From: Enterocloster bolteae
Lineage (GTDB): Bacteria > Bacillota > Clostridia > Lachnospirales > Lachnospiraceae
Assembly (NCBI RefSeq): GCF_002234575.2
Contig: NZ_CP022464.2
Coordinates: 3,119,944-3,151,943 of the forward strand
DNA length: 32,000 nucleotides
Direction of reading: 5' to 3'
Part shown: positions 8,567 through 15,086 of the stretch, one piece after another
How the letters are laid out: each line of letters begins with the position of its first letter
Position numbering within the stretch: the first letter of the stretch is position 1
Notes under the pieces: generated by a model
Seen by the model: the letters and a program-made list of their open reading frames with translations, nothing else
Databases searched by the model: none
Told to the model about the DNA's origin: nothing
Made by a program: the position numbers and the translations under genes

Positions 8567-9660
8567 TGGGAAGATTATTTGTTTATGACGAGAATATGAC
8601 GGACGAGAGGGCGAAAATCACAGTTGCTAAAATGGCCGCCGTATCGGACATTGTAGCGAGTGAAAAGGCGTTTATACAGTATTCCGCAGCCGGACAATTA
8701 ACCGTGCTTGCCGGGGCAGTTATTGCGGTAGGGGATGCCATTTTTCAGACCGAGGAAACAACGCTTTCAGCTGCCAACCTGGACGGTGCAAGCAGCTTTG
8801 CACACGGCAAAGATTATTACATTTACTTATGCAACAATGGCAAGGACAGTTCAAACGAGGTTTATTTAATCTCTGAAAATTCCACATTCCCGGACGGCGT
8901 GGAATGGGACGATACAAACACCCGTAAAATTGGCGGTTTCCACTATGGCTTTGTTAGAAATGTGGATGAATACGGCAGAGAAGTAAATACAAGTGGAAGT
9001 GTGCGTGGTAGCGGTTGGGAAAGTAACGTGCATGAGGACATTGCCCCTAACTCCGTATGGACCGCCTTACACCGTCCGAAGTGCGACCCGTCCGGTATGG
9101 CATACCTGGGGAATGGTTTGTGGGCTGATATTTACCTTGCATCAGATGATGGGGCGAACGGCTTACAATCTGTATATAATGCAACGCCTATTACGGGTAC
9201 AGAGGGTTTAAATTGGTATATTGCCAATGAAAAGGCTGCCCGTGTCGGAAAGCGTTTACCGGACCTTGCAGAGTGGTTAATTGCAGCAGAGGGAAGCCCC
9301 CAGGGATTAGACGGCAGCAATACAAACGGTTGGACCGCAACAACCAACACTGCAAGAACCGCCGTTGGAAAAATCAAAAATGCAATTTCTGTAAAAAACA
9401 TTATGGACATTGCCGGGAACGTGTGGGAATGGATTAACGAGTTGTGTTTAGACCCAACCGCTGCATCCTGGAATTGGTACAATGTTATGTCCGGCTACGG
9501 TCAAATTTATATGCCGTCACAAACAGCCTTGCACGCCCTCGTTGGCGGCGGCCATTGGGGCAGCGGCGTGCATTGCGGTAGCCGTGCCGTCGGTTGCAGC
9601 GATTACCCGTGGTACGTGACCGCGAGCATTGGTGTGCGGTGCGTGTGTGACAGTCTGTAA
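8566..9660 (+). CDS. DGR target protein: tail-module receptor-binding candidate with a C-terminal FGE-sulfatase/C-type-lectin-like fold carrying the VR
   Basis: The motif IAGNVWEWINE is the typical GNVWEW signature of FGE-sulfatase/CLec domains. The last 42 codons are the VR, which matches the TR downstream. The gene lies between the fibre-like genes and avd. Confidence 0.9.
   Translation: MGRLFVYDENMTDERAKITVAKMAAVSDIVASEKAFIQYSAAGQLTVLAGAVIAVGDAIFQTEETTLSAANLDGASSFAHGKDYYIYLCNNGKDSSNEVYLISENSTFPDGVEWDDTNTRKIGGFHYGFVRNVDEYGREVNTSGSVRGSGWESNVHEDIAPNSVWTALHRPKCDPSGMAYLGNGLWADIYLASDDGANGLQSVYNATPITGTEGLNWYIANEKAARVGKRLPDLAEWLIAAEGSPQGLDGSNTNGWTATTNTARTAVGKIKNAISVKNIMDIAGNVWEWINELCLDPTAASWNWYNVMSGYGQIYMPSQTALHALVGGGHWGSGVHCGSRAVGCSDYPWYVTASIGVRCVCDSL
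9525..9651 (+). repeat. DGR variable region (VR)
   Basis: 127 nt align without gaps to 10179-10305. There are 13 mismatches, and every one is at a TR adenine (10 A->G, 2 A->C, 1 A->T). Confidence 0.92.
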
Positions 9661-9667
9661 TCTGCCA

Positions 9668-9687
9668 GGGTGGGCGAAAGCCCACCC
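9668..9687 (+). promoter_or_regulatory. GC-rich hairpin (8-bp stem, GAAA loop) downstream of VR; candidate DGR target-recognition element
   Basis: GGGTGGGC-GAAA-GCCCACCC forms a perfect stem. It starts 16 nt after the VR/TR homology ends. No T-run follows, and no equivalent hairpin follows TR. Confidence 0.7.
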
Positions 9688-9719
9688 CATAGAAAAATAT
9701 ATAAACCGAGGATAAAAAC

Positions 9720-10109
9720 ATGGCAGAGAACAAGAAAAGCAATCAAGCGGATGCGTATATGGAGAGCATGAAAGCGTATCAAAAGACCTATGATTTTCTT
9801 TTATACCTTTATCCCATATTGTCACAGTTTCCGAAATTTGAGAAATTCGCATTGCAGAGCCAAATTAAAACGGCGGTTTTTGAAATGCTTAAATCAGTAA
9901 TCAGATTTAGAAAGACCGGGACAAAGAGCCATATATATAACGCAGATGTAGAGTTGCAGTTTATCAAAACCCTCATACGGCTTTCCTACGATTTGGAATA
10001 TCCGGCAATGAGCAAACACAGATACGAAGTATTGAGTAAGAAAATGACAGAATTAGGATGTATCATTGGCGGAATAATCGAAGCCGTAAAGAATGGAAAT
10101 TGGAAATAA
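9720..10109 (+). CDS. avd: accessory variability determinant (Avd-like four-helix-bundle protein)
   Basis: 129-aa basic helical protein with RBS GAGGA 7 nt upstream. The motif YQKTYDFLLYLYPILSQFPKFEKFALQSQI is typical of the four-helix-bundle (23S rRNA IVS-like)/bAvd family. It sits between the target gene and TR. Confidence 0.8.
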   Translation: MAENKKSNQADAYMESMKAYQKTYDFLLYLYPILSQFPKFEKFALQSQIKTAVFEMLKSVIRFRKTGTKSHIYNADVELQFIKTLIRLSYDLEYPAMSKHRYEVLSKKMTELGCIIGGIIEAVKNGNWK

Positions 10110-10178
10110 TGTTGGCATTGCCAATTTTATTTTGGGGAAACTGTTAATATGCACCGGGCCAGTTCACGGAACTTTCCG

Positions 10179-10305
10179 AGCCTTGCACGCCCTCATTGGC
10201 GGCGGCAATTGGAACAACGGCGTGCATTGCGGTAGCCGTGCCGTCAATTGCAACAATTACCCGTGGAACGTGAACACGAACATTGGTGTGCGGTGCGTGT
10301 GTGAC
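10179..10305 (+). repeat. DGR template repeat (TR)
   Basis: This is the invariant partner of VR. It contains 27 adenines, including nine AAY codons in the VR reading frame. The 3' 21 nt (10283-10303) contain no adenine. Confidence 0.92.
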
Positions 10306-10466
10306 TTTACAATTTTATAGACATAGAAGCCCAAGCGGCCACTAGCAAAGATTTACATTTTTTAAGTAAGTCAGACGGTTTGCCCGTTCCGGTGTGATAC
10401 CGGACAAACTAACAAAGCAAACCACCTTTTAGTAAAATAGAATATTTGAAAATTGGTAGGGATTAA

Positions 10467-11507
10467 ATGAAAACAGTAAAGGGACTACATGAGAAAATGG
10501 GGACCTTTGAAAATGCCAATACTTCATTCCACCAGGCGGCCAAGTGCAAGCGGTACACGGATGAGGTATTGGCTTTTTCTATGGTTAAGGAAGAGGAACT
10601 TTTAAGAGCAACCGAGGAAATACAGAATTTAACATATAGGCAAGGGGAATATAAGATATTTAAGGTGTTTGAGCCAAAAGAACGGCTTATTATGGCGTTG
10701 CCGTTCTATGATAGAGTGGTGCAACACATGATTTGTAACGCTATTCAACCCGTATTTGAGAACGGATTTTATTACCATTCTTACGCTTGCCGGACCGGTA
10801 AGGGGATGCACGCCGCAAGTGATACATTGTATCAATGGATGTATGAAACAGAGGTTAAACAAGGGTTAAGGATGTATGCCTTTAAAGGGGACATATCAAA
10901 GTATTTTGCATCTATACCACATGACAAATTAAAGGATGAAAACCGCCGCTATATAGGGGATAAGAAAGCCCTTATGTTAATGGACGATATTATAGACCAC
11001 AACGGCATATTGCCGGACGGCGTGGGAATACCCGTTGGAAACCTCACAAGTCAGTTATTTGCGAATGTGTACGGCAATAAGTTAGATAAATTTTGCAAGC
11101 ACGTTTTACATATTCCGTATTTTGTGCGGTACATGGATGATTTTATTATCCTATCGGATGATTTGGAGCAGTTGAAAGAATGGGTTAAGAGAATAGAAGA
11201 ATTTTTGGAAAATGAAATGCTTTTGCATATTAACCCTAAAAGCACAATCCTATACGCTGGGAATGGCATAGATTTTTGCGGATATATCCACTATGCAGAC
11301 CACAAGAAAGTAAGAAAATCATCTATCAGAAAGTTAAAGCAAGATGTAAAGGCGTATGAGTTGGGCGAATTGCCGCCGGAAGAATTTAACCGGAAGTACG
11401 AAAGCAGAAAGGGACATTTAGGACACGCCGACACATACCACATTGCAAAGGCGGTTGAATACGAATTGTTGTTCTATGAATGGGAACGCCTGGAAGCAGC
11501 GGCGTAA
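10467..11507 (+). CDS. DGR reverse transcriptase
   Basis: The motif VRYMDDFIILS is the YxDD catalytic motif. IPVGNLTSQLFANVY carries the xGNxxSQ signature characteristic of DGR RTs. The protein is 346 aa and lies directly downstream of TR. Confidence 0.9.
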   Translation: MKTVKGLHEKMGTFENANTSFHQAAKCKRYTDEVLAFSMVKEEELLRATEEIQNLTYRQGEYKIFKVFEPKERLIMALPFYDRVVQHMICNAIQPVFENGFYYHSYACRTGKGMHAASDTLYQWMYETEVKQGLRMYAFKGDISKYFASIPHDKLKDENRRYIGDKKALMLMDDIIDHNGILPDGVGIPVGNLTSQLFANVYGNKLDKFCKHVLHIPYFVRYMDDFIILSDDLEQLKEWVKRIEEFLENEMLLHINPKSTILYAGNGIDFCGYIHYADHKKVRKSSIRKLKQDVKAYELGELPPEEFNRKYESRKGHLGHADTYHIAKAVEYELLFYEWERLEAAA

Positions 11508-11577
11508 AAGGGTCAGAATAAAAAGCCGTTCCATTATATGATTTACTTGTAAAAAACAAGGAAAGGAGCATGGAACA

Positions 11578-12006
11578 ATGGAGAAAATGTTTAACTTTAT
11601 TTCCGTGATTGGTGGATTGGTTGGCGGTTTTATCGTTTCGTTGTTCGGCGGTTGGGATGTGATGTTATACACAATATTGCTTTTTGCTATCCTGGATTAT
11701 TTCACGGGCATTTTGAAAGCAGTCTATAAAAAAGAACTTTCAAGTGCAATCGGATTTAAGGGGATTGTAAAAAAAATCATGGTATTTGTGGTTATCGCAG
11801 TTGCCTACAACGTGCAGAGAATGACCGGGGACACAATACCATTAAGGGAAATTGTTATTGTTTTCTTTATCTGCAATGAAGCACTTTCTATTTTGGAAAA
11901 TGCGGCGGAATTTATCAACATACCGCAGCAGTTAAAAGATGTGCTTTTGCAGTTAAGGGACAAGAACGCAGCGAAAGCGGAAGAAAAAGAAGAAAGCGAG
12001 GAATAA
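11578..12006 (+). CDS. phage holin (holin_4 / toxin-secretion-lysis holin type)
   Basis: 142 aa with three hydrophobic segments and a charged C-terminal tail (KNAAKAEEKEESEE). It lies immediately upstream of the endolysin. Confidence 0.75.
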   Translation: MEKMFNFISVIGGLVGGFIVSLFGGWDVMLYTILLFAILDYFTGILKAVYKKELSSAIGFKGIVKKIMVFVVIAVAYNVQRMTGDTIPLREIVIVFFICNEALSILENAAEFINIPQQLKDVLLQLRDKNAAKAEEKEESEE

Positions 12007-12009
12007 GAC

Positions 12010-12954
12010 ATGGCAACAAAAGACCAGGTAAACGCCTTTATTGCGAAATTGGCAGCAATTGCAAGAAAAGAATATTTAACCCGTGATAAATGGGTTTTAC
12101 CGTCCGTATGTATCGCACAGGCAGCATTAGAAACCGGGTGGGGAACATCCGGGCTTATGACAAAAGCCAATGCGTTTTTTGGCATCAAGGCCGGCAGCAG
12201 TTGGAAAGGCAAGGTTTACAGTAGCAAAACAAACGAGTGCTATGACGGCAAGACCTACACGCAGATTACCGCCGCTTTCCGTGCTTATGATAGCCTGGAA
12301 GAGAGTGTGGCGGATTATTACAATCTGATTTGCGGAAGTTCCCGTTATGCCGGAGCGGTAAACAACGGAAACGCCGAAAGTGCCATTACCGCAATCAAAA
12401 ACGGCGGATATGCAACAAGTCCTACATACATCAAGAATGTAATGAACATCATCAATTCTTACAACCTTACACAGTATGACACATGGGACGGAGAGAACCA
12501 GGGACCGGCAAACAAGGAAACCCACGGTTACAAGGTGGGGGACAAGGTAAGAGTGATTGATAACATCACATACAACGGGGTGCGTTTCGCAACCTATTAT
12601 GATGAATATGATGTTATCCAGGTAAACGGGGACCGTGTTGTTATCGGTATCGGTAACACCGTGACGGCAGCAGTAAACGCCGCCAACATTGCAAAGGATG
12701 AAGAGATTGCAGAAGCCCCGGCGGATGCGGAAACACCAACCGACATTCCGACCCAGGAAGAAACAGAGAACGCCCACGGTTTCAAGGTAGGGCAGAAAGT
12801 AAAGGTTATCAATGCTTATGATTACTACGGTAATATGTTTAAGTGTTGGTACAGTAAATATGATGTTATCGAGGTTAAGAATGACAGAATTGTTATTGGT
12901 ATCGGTAGCACCGTAACGGCAGCAGTAAACGCCGCCAATTTAGCAGCAGCATAA
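12010..12954 (+). CDS. endolysin: N-terminal glucosaminidase (mannosyl-glycoprotein endo-beta-N-acetylglucosaminidase) domain plus two C-terminal SH3-like wall-binding repeats
   Basis: The motif AQAALETGWGTS is typical of the glucosaminidase/FlgJ-C family. Two ~57-aa repeats (HGYKVGDKVRVID... and HGFKVGQKVKVIN...) are encoded at nt 12523-12693 and 12775-12945. Confidence 0.85.
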   Translation: MATKDQVNAFIAKLAAIARKEYLTRDKWVLPSVCIAQAALETGWGTSGLMTKANAFFGIKAGSSWKGKVYSSKTNECYDGKTYTQITAAFRAYDSLEESVADYYNLICGSSRYAGAVNNGNAESAITAIKNGGYATSPTYIKNVMNIINSYNLTQYDTWDGENQGPANKETHGYKVGDKVRVIDNITYNGVRFATYYDEYDVIQVNGDRVVIGIGNTVTAAVNAANIAKDEEIAEAPADAETPTDIPTQEETENAHGFKVGQKVKVINAYDYYGNMFKCWYSKYDVIEVKNDRIVIGIGSTVTAAVNAANLAAA

Positions 12955-13017
12955 GCAACGCCGCCTTTAGGAATTTGGCTACCAAAAGAGCAAGGAAATA
13001 ATGTATATCACGGAATT

Positions 13018-13050
13018 AAAAGCACACCTTAAAAAGTGTGCTTTTTTCTT
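13018..13050 (+). terminator. rho-independent terminator after the lysis cassette
   Basis: Stem AGCACAC (13021-27) pairs with GTGTGCT (13036-42). An 8-nt loop separates them and a T-run follows. Confidence 0.7.
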
Positions 13051-13064
13051 TATTTTAAAAGATT

Positions 13065-13142
13065 TTTAAAATAGTACGGAATATGTGTTGACATAGTACG
13101 GAATATGTAATATAATAAAGACAGTTAAGAGAGGAACACAAA
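13065..13142 (+). promoter_or_regulatory. consensus sigma-70-type promoter P1 with two direct operator-like repeats (copy 1 of a 78-bp repeat)
   Basis: TTGACA (13088-93), a 17-bp spacer, then TATAAT (13111-16). ATAGTACGGAATATGT occurs at 13071-86 and 13093-108. Confidence 0.7.
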
Positions 13143-13160
13143 GAAAGTGAGGAAAAGAAA

Positions 13161-13322
13161 ATGTGGGAAGTAGTAAAAACAGTAAAGGGATATGATATAA
13201 CAAGAATGATTGGAAGCCGTGGTGCTTACCATGTATCAGTAAGAGAGGGAAAAGGCTTTAGAGAGTTCCACACATTCAAAACCATAAAGGCAGCGGTTGA
13301 GTTTATCGAAACTGCACTATAA
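13161..13322 (+). CDS. hypothetical small protein (53 aa)
   Basis: The ATG is preceded by GTGAGGAAAAG. This is the first ORF after P1. It is below the ORF-track length cutoff, and I translated it by hand (MWEVVKTVKGYDITRM...). Confidence 0.4.
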   Translation: MWEVVKTVKGYDITRMIGSRGAYHVSVREGKGFREFHTFKTIKAAVEFIETAL

Positions 13323-13362
13323 GCATTGAGCCGGGGCAAAGTCCCCGGCGGAAAGGGAAAAC

Positions 13363-13575
13363 ATGGATATTACAAAAGAATTAGCAAGAGCGGTAAAATA
13401 TTACATGATAATGGAAGATGTTTTTTTAAATCCGGGGAATTTTAAGGAAGCACATAAAAATTTTGTTGAAAAAATGGAAGAATACGAGAAAAAGGAAAAT
13501 TTAACGGAAGAGGAAGCACAATATAACATAGAAATGGCAGTAGAAGCATTGAAAAAATACAGGGCGGAACAATAG
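13363..13575 (+). CDS. hypothetical small acidic protein (70 aa)
   Basis: ORF with RBS AAAGGGAAAA. No family recognised. Confidence 0.45.
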   Translation: MDITKELARAVKYYMIMEDVFLNPGNFKEAHKNFVEKMEEYEKKENLTEEEAQYNIEMAVEALKKYRAEQ

Positions 13576-13907
13576 CCGCCCGGCAACTAAAACGGCCACA
13601 CCGTGAACGGGTGCGAGTGTCCCAAGCCACTATAAACCGTTGAGGGGTTGCAACAATAGGCGTTGCGGTACTGTCTGACAAGTTTTGACCCACGTTTTAA
13701 TGTGAAACGGGGAAGCAATGAGGAATACACCGGGCAAGGGTGCATTGCTTATATACACAATCGTTTAGACCAATGCCCGGAAACCCAAAACGCCTATATG
13801 ATGCAACTATATATTGAAACCCGTTGTTTCTGTGATTTTATCAATGGTAAATACACGCACTTTTAAGCCTGGCACATTCCGCCGGGCTTATTGCACATAA
13901 AAATAAA

Positions 13908-13985
13908 TTTAAAATAGTACGGAATATGTATTGACATAGTACGGAATATGTTATATAATAAAGACAGTTAAGGGAGATACACAAA
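13908..13985 (+). promoter_or_regulatory. promoter P2 (copy 2 of the 78-bp repeat)
   Basis: TTGACA (13931-36), a 17-bp spacer, then TATAAT (13954-59). ATAGTACGGAATATGT occurs at 13914-29 and 13936-51. About 5 mismatches to copy 1 at a fixed offset of 843 bp. Confidence 0.7.
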
Positions 13986-14023
13986 CTTAATGAGTAATGG
14001 GCAAGCATAGAAAGGAGAACTTT

Positions 14024-14164
14024 ATGGACGAGGATATGAACGTAGGCGAGTTACTTAAAGAAACGGCAGAAGAAAATCAGACCAGGAAAATACTTGAAAT
14101 CTTAAACGAGTGCAAGGACCTGGCAGAAGCCAAAGAAAGAGTAAAAGCCCTACTTAATAAGTAA
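14024..14164 (+). CDS. hypothetical small protein (46 aa)
   Basis: ATG after AAAGGAGAA. This is the first ORF after P2, translated by hand (MDEDMNVGELLKETAEEN...). Confidence 0.35.
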   Translation: MDEDMNVGELLKETAEENQTRKILEILNECKDLAEAKERVKALLNK

Positions 14165-14263
14165 GGCTTTAGGGAAACAGAAAGGGCGGTGGACTTGCCA
14201 AAGCCGCCCTAAACTGTAAAAAGTATTATACACCATTTGGCAAGAGAAAGGAAGAGGGCGTAA

Positions 14264-14479
14264 ATGCCAAAAATAAAAAAAGAGTTCGACCAAACGAAAT
14301 ATCAGAACGAATATAAAAAGAAAACCTACGACCGCATGGAATTACTTGTGCCAAAGGGAGAAAAAGCAGTAATAAAGGAAAAAGCGGCAGCAGCAGGGAC
14401 AAGTGTAAATGAGTTTGTGTATTCAGCGGTAAAAGAAAAAATGGAAGCAATGGAAGCGGCAACGGAAACAGAAGAGTAG
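14264..14479 (+). CDS. ribbon-helix-helix (Arc/CopG-like) DNA-binding protein
   Basis: 71 aa. The segment YDRMELLVPKGEKAVIKEKAAAAGTSVNEFVYSAV has a beta-strand / helix / helix pattern typical of RHH proteins. Confidence 0.5.
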   Translation: MPKIKKEFDQTKYQNEYKKKTYDRMELLVPKGEKAVIKEKAAAAGTSVNEFVYSAVKEKMEAMEAATETEE

Positions 14480-14504
14480 CACGGAAGAAAGCGAGGAACA
14501 CAAC

Positions 14505-15038
14505 ATGGGATTATTTAGTAACCTATTTTCTAAAAAGAACACGGCAGCAGTACAACCGCAGCCCGTACAGATGCCGGAAGAAAAAAAGCCAAGATACATT
14601 GTAAAAAGTCAACGGTTCATCCTGGATAATATAAAAGACCACATGGAAGATATTATGGACCTTGTGGAGAAAAACGAGGATTACAAGTTAAAAAAGAAAG
14701 ACCTTATAGAAGATGATAGGACGGATGAAAATATTTATGAATATGAATTGAACGAAAAAGCCACAATAACCCCTACATCTTGTGAGGGGGGGGGGGTGGA
14801 ACAACTACAAGTATTTGTGTGTAATACCCACATTGGAGATATTAAAAAAGGCGGCGTAAGCAAAGTAAAGAACCTTTTAAAGAAAGGAAATATAGAAAAT
14901 ATATGGTCCGAGGTTTCCGGCGGAAATTACAAAAGACTAAGGTATGATGCCGGGAAAGATGTATATTACTATGATGAATTAGAAAAAGAATTTAGTATTA
15001 CCATTGAAATAACCTATAAAGAGGAAATCACAGAATAA
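14505..15038 (+). CDS. hypothetical phage accessory protein containing a G11 homopolymer
   Basis: 177-aa ORF with RBS GAGGAACACAAC. No confident family, only a weak HIRAN-like impression for the C-terminal half. The G11 tract at 14786-14796 encodes E-GGG-V. Confidence 0.5.
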   Translation: MGLFSNLFSKKNTAAVQPQPVQMPEEKKPRYIVKSQRFILDNIKDHMEDIMDLVEKNEDYKLKKKDLIEDDRTDENIYEYELNEKATITPTSCEGGGVEQLQVFVCNTHIGDIKKGGVSKVKNLLKKGNIENIWSEVSGGNYKRLRYDAGKDVYYYDELEKEFSITIEITYKEEITE

Positions 15039-15086
15039 GGAAAGAAGCATAGGAAACAGACGGGGACAACAACGGATTATTCCGGG

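Noticed and set aside
10093-10320. 75-aa ORF overlapping the avd 3' end and covering the TR (…ALHALIGGGNWNNGVHCGSRAVNCNNYPWNVNTNIGVRCVCDFTIL)
   Set aside because: The open frame is inherited from the VR reading frame because TR is a copy of the target gene's 3' end. It has no RBS, and its N-terminal part has no protein-like context. I treat it as a non-coding template, not a CDS.
13596-13632. Short similarities to the TR 3' end and spacer. GGTGCGAGTGT resembles the TR sequence GGTGCGTGTGT. CCCAAGCCACTA resembles CCCAAGCGGCCACTA at 10330. Together these hinted at a relic second TR or DGR RNA.
   Set aside because: The matches are 11-12 nt long with a mismatch or indel. I estimate that is about the level expected by chance in a 32-kb window searched post hoc. 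No extended alignment, no second GVRCVCD-type VR and no second RT are present. A proper local alignment would be needed to revive the idea.
13663-13866. 67-aa ORF with a TTG start in the GC-rich island
   Set aside because: It has no Shine-Dalgarno sequence and a rare start codon. The composition is Cys/aromatic-rich and unlike the neighbouring genes. The region is better described as non-coding and possibly structured RNA.
1343-14505. Identical 16-mer GAGGAACACAACATGG at two translation starts (1343-1358 and 14490-14505)
   Set aside because: It comprises the RBS, spacer and start codon, so the match is most simply a shared strong translation-initiation context. There is no evidence of a mobile or regulatory repeat.
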